Of a DNA stretch of 64,000 bases, positions 1 to 8,967 are shown piece after piece (position 1 is the first letter of the stretch; each line of letters starts with the position of its first letter). A program made the translations under genes and the position numbers. This stretch comes from an uncultured Candidatus Saccharibacteria bacterium (GTDB lineage Bacteria > Patescibacteriota > Minisyncoccia > Phycocordibacterales > UBA9973), in contig CAZBZO010000002.1 of the NCBI GenBank assembly GCA_964496425.1, positions 2,450 through 66,449 of the forward strand, given 5' to 3'. A model generated the notes under the pieces. That model worked only from the letters and a program-made list of their open reading frames with translations, was not told where the DNA came from and made no database searches.

Positions 1-662
1 GCTTTTTCAAATTCGAGCAAATATTTTTCATCGGCATCTTTACGGAGGGCGAGGAGATTTTTTACTTCTTTATATTCTTTTGGATAGGCAAATGGAAATG
101 CTGCATCTTCCAGTTCGCCGCGGAGCTTACCCATCGAAAGGCGATTGGCAAGCGGTGCGTATATCTCGAGTGTTTCCATTGCTATGCGGCGCTGTTTATC
201 AGGTCGGACGTGCTTGAGCGTTTCGACATTGTGAAGTCGATCTGCTAGTTTAATGATGATCACGCGAAAATCTGCCGCAATAGAAACGAAAAATTTCCGT
301 AGATTTTCAATATTACGTTCGGCTCCGCGGTACTTGACCGTACCGAGTTTGGTTACGCCTTCTACAAGCCCTAAAATTTCCGATCCGAATTCTTTTTCAA
401 GCTCGGCACTGGTAGTCGGAGTGTCTTCGAGCACATCATGGAGAAAGCCGGCGGCAATAACTATCGGGCTCATACGGAGTGAAGCGAGCTTTTTGGCTGT
501 AGCAAGCACATGGATAAAATACGGTTCACCGCTTTTCCGTAGCTGCCCGTGGTGTGCTTTCAAGGCGAAATCATAGGCATGAGTTATGAGCGCTACATCC
601 TTTTTAGATACAGCACCGAGTTCAGAGACGATCTCTTGTATAGGCATGCATCCATCATACAT
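1..662 (-). CDS. RelA/SpoT-family (p)ppGpp synthetase/hydrolase, N-terminal HD domain (partial, continues beyond window start)
   Basis: Minus-strand translation from ATG (complement of 660-662) gives MYDGCMPIQEIVSELGAVSKKDVALITHAYDFALKAHHGQLRKSGEPYFIHV...GFLHDVLEDT with HD / HDxxED metal-binding motifs typical of RelA/SpoT hydrolase domain; not in ORF track because truncated. Confidence 0.75.
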   Translation of the reverse strand, partial: MYDGCMPIQEIVSELGAVSKKDVALITHAYDFALKAHHGQLRKSGEPYFIHVLATAKKLASLRMSPIVIAAGFLHDVLEDTPTTSAELEKEFGSEILGLVEGVTKLGTVKYRGAERNIENLRKFFVSIAADFRVIIIKLADRLHNVETLKHVRPDKQRRIAMETLEIYAPLANRLSMGKLRGELEDAAFPFAYPKEYKEVKNLLALRKDADEKYLLEFEK

Positions 663-699
663 GACTTCCAAATTGCAAACAATTTTGTATTTGAGGGGC

Positions 700-2937
700 T
701 TAGAGGTCTATTTTTGCCTGCTTGTCTGGTCGATGGTTTTTGCAGAGTCTGTTACTGCAGCGCTCGGGAATAGTTTTGGTGCCTTCCATCATAAGACTTC
801 CACATTGATCACAAATACGTCCAGTTGGCTTGGCTTTTATTGCGTGTTTGCAGTCAGGATAATTTGAACATGAATAAAATATGCCAAAGCGACCGCGTCG
901 CTCCATCATATTTCCTTTTTTACAGACGGGACAGAGCACGTCTGTCATTTTCTTTTTCTTTTCTTCTTCGTCTTCTTTGATAAATTTACATTTCGGATAT
1001 CGCGAGCAGGAAACAAACATGCCGAAGCGGCCTTCGCGCGTCACAAGCTTGCCGCCGCCGCTCTTGGATGGTTCTTTCGGCTTTCCGTCTTTATCTAAGC
1101 CACAGAGTGGACACATCTCGCCCGTTTCTTTTGGTCCCTCCATCTCTTTGCCTTCAATCGTCCGTGCACCATCACACTCTGGATAGCGAGCACAGGACAT
1201 AAATTTTCCATTGCGGCCGAGCTTGATGATCATCGCACCGCCGCATTTCGGACAGAGAAATTCTTTTGGTGCGTCGCCGAGCGTAGTGAGCTTGTCTATT
1301 TTATCTTTTGCTTTTACCTCTTTTTGAAACGGTCCGTAAAAATCTTTGAGTGTTTTTACATATTCGCGTTTGCCTTCGGCGATCTCATCGAGCTGATCTT
1401 CCATGTCCGCCGTGAAGGTGTCACTAATATATTCTGCAAAATTATTTTCTAAAAACGTTGAGACGACGTCACCAGTATCAGTCGGGAACAGGGTGCGGCC
1501 TTCTTTGGTCACATACCCGCGCTCTTCAATCGTGCGCATGATAGATGCATACGTACTCGGTCGTCCTATACCGCGGGCTTCAAGTTCTTTGACGAGGCCT
1601 GCTTCGCTGTAGCGGCCTGGAGGCTCGGTAGCTTTTTCTTCGCTCTCTAAATGGACGAGCATTAATGTTTCACCAGCTGTTACCTTTGGAAGCTCTACGT
1701 CTTCTCCGCGCGCACCGGTATCGACTGCAAGCCAGCCGGGAAAAAGTACACGTGAACCGTTCGCTGCAAATGCTGGGATTTCTTTTTCATGACCTTTGAC
1801 CACTGCAGTGATTTTTGTTTTCAAAAGTTTGGCGTCCACCATTTGAGACGAGACAGCTCGCTCCCAAATGAGGGTATATAATTTTTTCTGCTCATCGTTT
1901 GCGCCTTCATGAAGTGCTTCGACATGCGACGGGCGAATAGCTTCATGCGCCTCTTGAGCATTTTTGGATTTGGTTTTATAGACATTGGCTTGTGCGTATT
2001 CCTTGCCGTATTTTTTGGTGATAAGCGCCAAGATTTGCTCTTGAGCTACCTTGGAAATGTTGGTGCTGTCAGTACGCATGTAGGTGATATGTCCGGCTTC
2101 GTAAAGTTTTTGCGCGACTTGCATGGTGCGTGATGGGGAAAAGCCGAGACGGGTGCTGGCGACTTGTTGGAGGGTAGAAGTGGTAAATGGCGCTCGAGCA
2201 GTACGTTTCTGTTCTGATTCTTTCACGTCGTCCACAATCCATGCGCCGGCACGTCCGACTTCTAGAATTTTTTTCACAACTTTTTCATCACGTGGCTCCT
2301 CTGCACACGTGAGAGCAAGTTCTTCCTTTTTGATAGTATGAAAGAGTCCTTTGATGACCCAATATTGCTCAGGAACGAATGCGCGGATTTCACGCTCACG
2401 TTCCATGATGATGCGTAGCGCTGGAGATTGTACGCGTCCAGCAGAGAGACCGTAGCGCACTTTTTTCCAAATAAGTCCGGAGAGATCATAGCCGACTAGG
2501 CGATCAAGCACTCGGCGAGCTTCTTGTGCTTGGACTAAGTCGCCGTCAATATCGCGCGGATGTTTCAAGGCTTCTTCGACGGCTTCTTTAGTAATCTCAT
2601 TGAAGGCCACGCGTTTGATCGGCGCTTTGACTTTTTTGTCTTCGTCGAGGATAGCTTTGATATGCCAGGAAATCGCTTCACCTTCACGGTCAGGGTCGGT
2701 AGCAAGCATGATCTCTTTCGCTTTTTCTGCTAGGCCTTGCAGCTCGTGCACTACTTTTTCTTTGCCTTTGGAGATTTCGTAGAAGGGGACGAAGCCAGCA
2801 GGAATGTCGATGGCTTTTTTGTTGGACTTCGGAATATCCCGCACGTGGCCGACGGATGCGCGCACAGTAAAAGCGCCATCGAGATATTTCTCGATTGTTT
2901 TTGCTTTTGATGGGGATTCGACAATTAGTAATTTCAT
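700..2937 (-). CDS. topA: DNA topoisomerase I with C-terminal zinc-ribbon repeats
   Basis: 745 aa; TOPRIM N-terminus MKLLIVESPSKAKTIEKYL, catalytic Tyr region, multiple CxxC...CxxC zinc ribbons at C-terminus. Confidence 0.95.
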   Translation of the reverse strand: MKLLIVESPSKAKTIEKYLDGAFTVRASVGHVRDIPKSNKKAIDIPAGFVPFYEISKGKEKVVHELQGLAEKAKEIMLATDPDREGEAISWHIKAILDEDKKVKAPIKRVAFNEITKEAVEEALKHPRDIDGDLVQAQEARRVLDRLVGYDLSGLIWKKVRYGLSAGRVQSPALRIIMEREREIRAFVPEQYWVIKGLFHTIKKEELALTCAEEPRDEKVVKKILEVGRAGAWIVDDVKESEQKRTARAPFTTSTLQQVASTRLGFSPSRTMQVAQKLYEAGHITYMRTDSTNISKVAQEQILALITKKYGKEYAQANVYKTKSKNAQEAHEAIRPSHVEALHEGANDEQKKLYTLIWERAVSSQMVDAKLLKTKITAVVKGHEKEIPAFAANGSRVLFPGWLAVDTGARGEDVELPKVTAGETLMLVHLESEEKATEPPGRYSEAGLVKELEARGIGRPSTYASIMRTIEERGYVTKEGRTLFPTDTGDVVSTFLENNFAEYISDTFTADMEDQLDEIAEGKREYVKTLKDFYGPFQKEVKAKDKIDKLTTLGDAPKEFLCPKCGGAMIIKLGRNGKFMSCARYPECDGARTIEGKEMEGPKETGEMCPLCGLDKDGKPKEPSKSGGGKLVTREGRFGMFVSCSRYPKCKFIKEDEEEKKKKMTDVLCPVCKKGNMMERRGRFGIFYSCSNYPDCKHAIKAKPTGRICDQCGSLMMEGTKTIPERCSNRLCKNHRPDKQAKIDL

Positions 2938-3021
2938 AGTAAATAGGTAGAAGTAAATAGTTAATAGCTATTCACTGAAGCTAATTAGTAGCATCAATCA
3001 ATTTTTTTGGCAAATTTTGGT

Positions 3022-3066
3022 AAATAAAAAACTTCCTTATCCATAATTAAATATATGAATAAGGAA
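3022..3066 (-). terminator. Rho-independent terminator-like hairpin (ttccttat/ataaggaa stem followed by U-run on minus strand)
   Basis: 8-bp inverted repeat 3033-3040 / 3059-3066 with A-run 3022-3031 on + strand (U-run on minus strand) directly downstream of minus-strand gene 3091..3585. Confidence 0.45.
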
Positions 3067-3090
3067 ATTATATTTCAGTGAATTTTTGAC

Positions 3091-3585
3091 TCAGCGGCGC
3101 TGAACCATATCGCTGTCCAAGATATCTTTCAAGTCAGGTTTGCGTGTTGTGTAGCGTAAAATGGACACAAGAATTCTTGAGAGGATTATTGAGGCAATAT
3201 TAAATTGAAGGCAACTAATTAAAATCTCTACTTCCTCGAATATATACCAATCCTGAAATCCTATCAGTATTGTGAAGTAGACAAATTCAATACAATTTAA
3301 TGTCCTAAGACTGACCCAAACCGCCCGTGCTCTTACTAAATTTGATTCTTTCCAAAATCGTAGGTATGTGAATGTGGCAACTAATATTATTGGAACAATT
3401 AAGAAAAGTCCAAATTCAACACGATCATTCCAAAAAAATAAGTTCATTGATCCTAAGGGTAGTACAAAGGATAGTTCGAGCATTAACCTCATTGATAGAT
3501 AAGTAAGGAATCCCATTAGTATGAGTAGGCAGGATTTTCCCCAACGTCTGAGCTTTTTCAGCTCGGTGTATTCTTCTTTTTTCAT
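3091..3585 (-). CDS. hypothetical integral membrane protein
   Basis: 164 aa ORF, several hydrophobic segments, no recognisable motif. Confidence 0.4.
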   Translation of the reverse strand: MKKEEYTELKKLRRWGKSCLLILMGFLTYLSMRLMLELSFVLPLGSMNLFFWNDRVEFGLFLIVPIILVATFTYLRFWKESNLVRARAVWVSLRTLNCIEFVYFTILIGFQDWYIFEEVEILISCLQFNIASIILSRILVSILRYTTRKPDLKDILDSDMVQRR

Positions 3586-3660
3586 AGGAATGTTGTTTTG
3601 CTTGAAACTCTAACACTCTATGACTTTTTGTCAATTTGTATAAGATATTCATAGAAATAT

Positions 3661-4512
3661 TTAAGCTCGCCTGATCTCACCCATTTCTTCTTTGATGAGT
3701 CCTTTGATTTCCATGACTGAAAGAATAGTGTTGGCTTTGGCGGTATCCATTTTCATGAGACGCAAAAGTTCGTCACGAGGATATGGCTCGCGCAAGATTT
3801 CCAAAACTTGTTTTTCTTCCGGGCTACAGTCCTCGAGTTCGCGATTGATTTTTTCTTCAGTGTCGACGCTAAATCCAAGTGCGAGCAACAGCTCTTCGAC
3901 TTTGGTGATTGGTGTGGCTCCGAGACGAAGAAGACTATTGGTACCGATTGAAGTCGGAGAAAATATCGAGCCGGGAATCACGAGAAGATCGCGATTGTAG
4001 TCGAGCGCGAGTCGTGCAGTGATAAGTGTGCCGGATTTGTCTTCAGCTTCAATGATGAGAGTCGCTTTTGCAAGTCCTGCCATCAATCGATTGCGCTGCG
4101 GAAAGGTCCAATATGCCGCTTTAGTTTCGGGTGGGAGTTCGGAGATGAGCGCACCGCCTGCGTCAAGAATTTTTTTCACCAAGGTTTTATTGACGGCGGG
4201 GTAGAGCACATTTTCTCCGAGGCCAGAGCCCGGGAAAGCTATCGTTAGTAAATCATTCGCAAGGGCAGCGTTGTGAGCAATCGTGTCGATACCGTAGGCT
4301 AGACCCGAAACTATGACGACGGGGTAGCCTCGAAGTCCAGCGATGAGTTTCTCGCAAGCTTCGCGGCCGTAGGAAGAAAATTTTCGTGAGCCGACGACGG
4401 TGAGATAGACTGATCCTTGTGGTGGCAGATTGCCCTGGATATAAAGTTTTTTTGGCGCCTGCGGAATTTCTAAAAGTTCTACAGGGATCTCATGTTCTTC
4501 GAGAAGCCTCAT
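3661..4512 (-). CDS. dprA: DNA processing protein A (DprA/Smf)
   Basis: 283 aa; Rossmann-like DprA core VVGSRKFSSYGREA...VVIVSGLAYGIDTIAHNAAL and C-terminal winged-helix-like tail. Confidence 0.85.
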   Translation of the reverse strand: MRLLEEHEIPVELLEIPQAPKKLYIQGNLPPQGSVYLTVVGSRKFSSYGREACEKLIAGLRGYPVVIVSGLAYGIDTIAHNAALANDLLTIAFPGSGLGENVLYPAVNKTLVKKILDAGGALISELPPETKAAYWTFPQRNRLMAGLAKATLIIEAEDKSGTLITARLALDYNRDLLVIPGSIFSPTSIGTNSLLRLGATPITKVEELLLALGFSVDTEEKINRELEDCSPEEKQVLEILREPYPRDELLRLMKMDTAKANTILSVMEIKGLIKEEMGEIRRA

Positions 4513-4557
4513 ATTGTTAATTCTACCATTTGCTGGTACTATTTGAAGACAAAAGCT

Positions 4558-5820
4558 ATGTTAGATATCAAATTTATCCGAGAAAATAAGGATCTTGTAG
4601 CCGCCGGTGCAAAGAAAAAGCAGATCGATTTTGACGTGGAAGCACTGTGCGCTATCGACGATAAACGTCTCGCCTTGATGCGCGAAACCGAAGCTTTGCG
4701 TGCTGAGCAAAATGAAATGTCTACGCATATCAGTACTGAAGCTGATAGTGAAAAGCGGGCGGCGATGATAGCAGGCATGCGCACTGTCAAAGAAAATTTT
4801 AATGCCAAAGAAGAAGAGCTCAAAGAAGTCATGAAAGAGTGGCAGGTCCTCATGCTTCATGCGCCAAACATTCCTGATATGTCAGTGCCAGAAGGTGAGA
4901 GTGACGCGAATAATCAAGAGATAAAAAAGTGGGGAGAGTTGCCGCAGTTTGATTTTACTCCAAAGTCACACATCGAGATCATGACAGCTCTCGGTATGCT
5001 CGATCTTGAGCGTGGTACCAAAGTGGCAGGATTTCGCGGATATATATTGAAGGGTGACGGTGCGCGATTGTCGTTTGCGATTTGGCAGTACGCACTGTCG
5101 TTTTTCTCTAGTCGCGGTTTTACCCCGATGATCGTTCCATCGCTTGTGCGACGAGAATCATTGATGGGCACTGGTTTTCTGCCGCAAAGCGAAGATGATA
5201 TTTATAAAGTGCAGGACGAATTATATTTGGCAGGAACTGGCGAAGTGGCGACTATGGGCTACCACGCTGGCGAAGTGCTTGAAAAAAACCAGCTTCCATT
5301 AAAATACTTAGCATTCTCGCCATGTTTTCGTCGAGAGATCGGCGCACATGCAAAAGATGTGAAAGGCCTTATCCGCGTGCATGAATTTTTCAAGTTTGAG
5401 CAAGTGATTTTGTCTGAAGCTTCGCATGAGGAATCAGTGCGTCATCATGAAGAGCTTACAGAAAATACAGAGCATTTCATCGAGTCGCTCGGCATTCCAT
5501 ATCATCGGGTGCTCAACTGCGGCGGCGATCTTGGTCTCGGGCAAGTGAAAAAATACGATATTGAACTTTGGGTCCCGCTTGAAAATACCTATCGGGAAAT
5601 CGGCTCGGCATCATATTTCCATGATTTTCAAACCCGCCGCTTAGGTATTCGGTATAAAGATGACGATGGCAAGCTTCGCTATGTGCATTCGCTCAACAAT
5701 ACTGCGATCCCTACGCCACGCATCCTTGTTTCTTTGGTAGAAAATTTTCAGCAAGCTGATGGCTCAATCCGTATTCCTGACGCGCTCGTACCGTATTTTG
5801 GAAAAGATACTATTAAATAG
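4558..5820 (+). CDS. serS: seryl-tRNA synthetase
   Basis: N-terminal coiled-coil MLDIKFIRENKDLV..., class II motifs incl. FRRE, GxGxGxxR-like region; ORF-track start 4492 overlaps dprA, conserved MLDIK start at 4558 preferred. Confidence 0.9.
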   Translation: MLDIKFIRENKDLVAAGAKKKQIDFDVEALCAIDDKRLALMRETEALRAEQNEMSTHISTEADSEKRAAMIAGMRTVKENFNAKEEELKEVMKEWQVLMLHAPNIPDMSVPEGESDANNQEIKKWGELPQFDFTPKSHIEIMTALGMLDLERGTKVAGFRGYILKGDGARLSFAIWQYALSFFSSRGFTPMIVPSLVRRESLMGTGFLPQSEDDIYKVQDELYLAGTGEVATMGYHAGEVLEKNQLPLKYLAFSPCFRREIGAHAKDVKGLIRVHEFFKFEQVILSEASHEESVRHHEELTENTEHFIESLGIPYHRVLNCGGDLGLGQVKKYDIELWVPLENTYREIGSASYFHDFQTRRLGIRYKDDDGKLRYVHSLNNTAIPTPRILVSLVENFQQADGSIRIPDALVPYFGKDTIK

Positions 5821-5832
5821 CTTGTAGGCTGT

Positions 5833-6717
5833 ATGAAGACATCGCGAGACATTGTATTGCCTCCCAAAGTCGTCGCTCTTGCGCGCCAAAAGCGTCTTCG
5901 CAAACGAAGACGGACAATTCTCTGGGGTATTTTTTCTATCCTTTGTATTTTTTTTCTTGCGTGGATCTCGACGCTTGAAGCGCTGGCTATCCGGACGATT
6001 GAAGTTTCAGGTAATGTTGTGATACCTGAGAGTAGGCTTGTCGAACATGTAGAAAAAAAATTAGAAGGGAAGTATATCCATTTGTTTTCCAAACGCAATA
6101 GTTTCATTTATCCAAAGCGCACGGTGACCGAGAGCATGACCGAAGAATTTTCTCGTATCCGTACACTGGAAGTCTCTCGCAAAAATCTCCATACGCTCTC
6201 CATTCGTATCACTGAAGAAGCCGGAAAATATTTATGGTGCGGTGAAAAATTTACCGGCCTTAAACAAGTTGCGCCGTGTTACTACGTAAACAACCAAGGA
6301 GAGATATTTGCTGAAGCACCATTTTTCTCGGGGAACATTTACTTCAAATTTTTTACGCCACTTGTCGGAGATTCACCGAAAGCTCCGATTGGGAATACTA
6401 TTTCTGCGTCAGAGGGTTTTCATACTTATATAGAATTTATGGACAGTGTGCAGGCGCTCGATCTGCCGCTTGCTGGATTTGTGACTGTGTCTGACACAGA
6501 AAATAATATTGTCCTTTATGGAAAGAATACTACGGAGTTGCCACGCATTCGCTTCAGTAGTGATGCGGACCTCGTACAGGTAGCGAACGATTTGGCTTTG
6601 GTACTGAAAACTGAAGCATTTGCAGGAGATCGGGAAGATATATTGAGTCGACTCGACTACATTGATCTACGGTTTGAAAATAAAGCGTACTACAAATTTA
6701 AGGTGGCAGGTTTTTAA
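5833..6717 (+). CDS. FtsQ/DivIB-like cell division protein (POTRA domain)
   Basis: 294 aa; basic N-terminus, single TM (ILWGIFSILCIFFLAWI), then IRTIEVSGNVVIPESRLVEHV POTRA-like segment typical of FtsQ. Confidence 0.55.
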   Translation: MKTSRDIVLPPKVVALARQKRLRKRRRTILWGIFSILCIFFLAWISTLEALAIRTIEVSGNVVIPESRLVEHVEKKLEGKYIHLFSKRNSFIYPKRTVTESMTEEFSRIRTLEVSRKNLHTLSIRITEEAGKYLWCGEKFTGLKQVAPCYYVNNQGEIFAEAPFFSGNIYFKFFTPLVGDSPKAPIGNTISASEGFHTYIEFMDSVQALDLPLAGFVTVSDTENNIVLYGKNTTELPRIRFSSDADLVQVANDLALVLKTEAFAGDREDILSRLDYIDLRFENKAYYKFKVAGF

Positions 6718-6724
6718 AATTAAA

Positions 6725-7723
6725 ATGATAAAAAATGCAAATCAAAATTTTTGGGATAGTTTGCCGCATCCTTTTTTTGTATTGGCGCCGATGGCTGATG
6801 TGACAGATGAAGCATTCCGTCAAATCATTGCAAAACATTCGAGACACGGACAAGTCGGCGGCGGTCCAGATGTATTTTGGACAGAGTTTGTTTCGGCTGA
6901 CGGACTCGCGAGTGGAGGTAGGGAAGTTTTGAAGCGTGATCTGGCATATTCGCATGGTGAGCATCCGATCGTGGCGCAGATATTTGGCTCAAATCCAGAC
7001 AACATTTTTACGGCCGCAAAACTTTGTCGCGAACTTGGCTTCGATGGTGTCGATATCAATATGGGTTGTCCTGATCGCTCGATCGAAAAACAAGGCGCGG
7101 GAGCCGCTCATATCAAAGATCCTGCCACTGCTGCTCGTGTTATCGCTGCTGCCAAAGCAGGTACCGATGGATTACCTGTCTCAGTGAAAACCCGAGTCGG
7201 ATATAACAAAATAGAAATTGATACCTGGATCCCATTTCTCCTTGAGCAAGACCTCGCAGCACTCACGGTTCATGCCCGCACACGCAAAGAAATGTCTTTG
7301 GTGCCCGCTCGCTGGGAACATGTAAGAGAAGCAGTAAAGATGCGAGATAAAATAGGGAAAGCTACTCGTATCATTGGTAACGGTGATGTGCAAGATCTTG
7401 TTGACGCAAAAAAGAAAGCTCTAGAAACAGGCTGCGACGGTGTGATGCTCGGTCGGGCAATATTTGGCAATCCGTGGCTTTTTGATACGAACAAAGATTC
7501 TCTATCGATAAAAGAAAAACTTACCGTCATGGTGGAACACACCAAACTCTTCGAGGAGTGTCTTGGTGACATCAAAAGTTTTGCCATTATGAAAAAGCAC
7601 TATAAGGCCTACGTAAATGGTTTTGATGGTGCCAAAGAACTCCGGATGCGCCTTATGGACACTGCCCACACCGCAGCAGATGTTGGAATACTCGTGGACG
7701 AATATTTGAATACGCTGCCGTAA
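6725..7723 (+). CDS. dus: tRNA-dihydrouridine synthase
   Basis: LAPMADVTDEAFRQI N-terminal Dus signature, TIM-barrel FMN motifs (DINMGCP, catalytic Cys region); upstream start 6662 overlaps preceding gene so 6725 ATG preferred. Confidence 0.85.
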   Translation: MIKNANQNFWDSLPHPFFVLAPMADVTDEAFRQIIAKHSRHGQVGGGPDVFWTEFVSADGLASGGREVLKRDLAYSHGEHPIVAQIFGSNPDNIFTAAKLCRELGFDGVDINMGCPDRSIEKQGAGAAHIKDPATAARVIAAAKAGTDGLPVSVKTRVGYNKIEIDTWIPFLLEQDLAALTVHARTRKEMSLVPARWEHVREAVKMRDKIGKATRIIGNGDVQDLVDAKKKALETGCDGVMLGRAIFGNPWLFDTNKDSLSIKEKLTVMVEHTKLFEECLGDIKSFAIMKKHYKAYVNGFDGAKELRMRLMDTAHTAADVGILVDEYLNTLP

Positions 7724-7842
7724 ATTTTCTGTGGAAAACTCCGCTTGTGTAATTTTTATTTTTCGCTACACTACTTCCTAGTGTATATAAAAAGGAAATT
7801 TAAAAATGTTTGTGTCGACGATGTTTTTGATTTTTCTTTTTT

Positions 7843-7872
7843 AAAAGCCCCCGCTTCGGGGGCTTTTTTTTA
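7843..7872 (+). terminator. Rho-independent terminator (GCCCCCG-CTTC-GGGGGC + T-run)
   Basis: Perfect GC-rich hairpin followed by 8 T immediately after dus. Confidence 0.8.
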
Positions 7873-7899
7873 TCAAAATTATAAAAAAATAAATGGTAT

Positions 7900-8733
7900 A
7901 TGATCAACAATTATAAAGGGGTAGAGGACACAGTCGCGTTTAGTAAAGCAGTGAACATGCTTCGCGGGTTTTTCCTTAAGAAAGGATTTACTGAAGTTTC
8001 CACACAAGATCGTCTGTCTATCTTGGCGGCATGCGAAGATCCGTCGACGGTCGCAATGTTTGAATATTCGGGAGAGCGTTGGCCGTTGCCGCAAACGGGA
8101 CAAATGTGGCTTGAATACGAATTGCTTTCAAAACCGGAGCTTGCCGGAGTCTTCTGCGTGTCGACAAGTTATCGAGCTGAGAAAAATCCTGTCCCGGGCC
8201 GCCATAAAGTTATTTTTCCAATGTTTGAATTCGAGACTCGTGGCACTATCGATGATCTTCGGGCACTTGAAGAAGAACTATTGCATGATCTCGGCTTTGC
8301 TGCGCCCTTTATCCATAAACAGTATGATGAGCTCGCGCAGCACTATGGCGTCGCCGATCTTTCACATAAAGAGGAAAATATGATGGAGCATGATTTCAGC
8401 CCGGTTTTATTTTTGGAAAATTTTCCTATTAAAACGTCGCCCTTTTGGAATATGAAACGCAACGGTGACCATGCCAATAAAATCGATGTCATTTTGCACG
8501 GCAATGAAACCATCGGTTCTGCGGAGCGGAGCACGAACCCGATCGAGATGAAAGAGGAGTTCTATACCATCTCAGGTGGTGGTTACGCAGCCAAGCTCTT
8601 TGAGCTTTTTGGGAAAGAAAGGGTAGAGAAGGAGCTGGAAGAATTTTTGACCCTCAATTTCTTCCCTCGATATGGCGCGGGCATCGGTATGAGTCGAATG
8701 ATTGATGCGCTTAAAAAGGCAAAAATTATATAA
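7900..8733 (+). CDS. class II aminoacyl-tRNA-synthetase-like catalytic-core paralog (EpmA/AsnA-like)
   Basis: 277 aa; motif-2-like TSYRAE and motif-3-like GAGIGMSRM, MWLEYELLS resembles LWL..SPE of EpmA/LysRS core; no anticodon-binding domain. Confidence 0.5.
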   Translation: MINNYKGVEDTVAFSKAVNMLRGFFLKKGFTEVSTQDRLSILAACEDPSTVAMFEYSGERWPLPQTGQMWLEYELLSKPELAGVFCVSTSYRAEKNPVPGRHKVIFPMFEFETRGTIDDLRALEEELLHDLGFAAPFIHKQYDELAQHYGVADLSHKEENMMEHDFSPVLFLENFPIKTSPFWNMKRNGDHANKIDVILHGNETIGSAERSTNPIEMKEEFYTISGGGYAAKLFELFGKERVEKELEEFLTLNFFPRYGAGIGMSRMIDALKKAKII

Positions 8734-8844
8734 AAAATTTAGCGTAAAGGGATATGACGTCACATCGTAGTATTCTTATACGTCCCAGCTTAAGGATGGA
8801 TATCAGTCTGAGAATAGTTTTCCCCTCCTTGGTGGGACTTTTCC

Positions 8845-8873
8845 TTGACCCGCACTGGCAAAAAGGTTAAAAT
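8845..8873 (+). promoter_or_regulatory. sigma70-like promoter (TTGACC-17-TAAAAT) upstream of adhesin gene
   Basis: -35 TTGACC 8845-8850, 17-nt spacer, -10 TAAAAT 8868-8873; ~95-nt leader to ATG 8968. Confidence 0.5.
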
Positions 8874-8967
8874 ATGCAATATATATAAGTCTCGGTCAAT
8901 AGAACCCTATTGGCGTGATGGCTGTGTACGTGCTCGAAATTTATTATTACTTTAAGTTTAAAAATCT

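Noticed and set aside
253-867. + strand ORFs 253..576, 549..773, 586..867
   Set aside because: They lie antisense to or overlapping the clearly conserved RelA/SpoT HD-domain reading frame and the topA 3' end.
4492-4557. Upstream extension of serS (ORF-track start 4492)
   Set aside because: It overlaps the dprA start on the opposite strand. The conserved SerRS N-terminus MLDIK begins at 4558.
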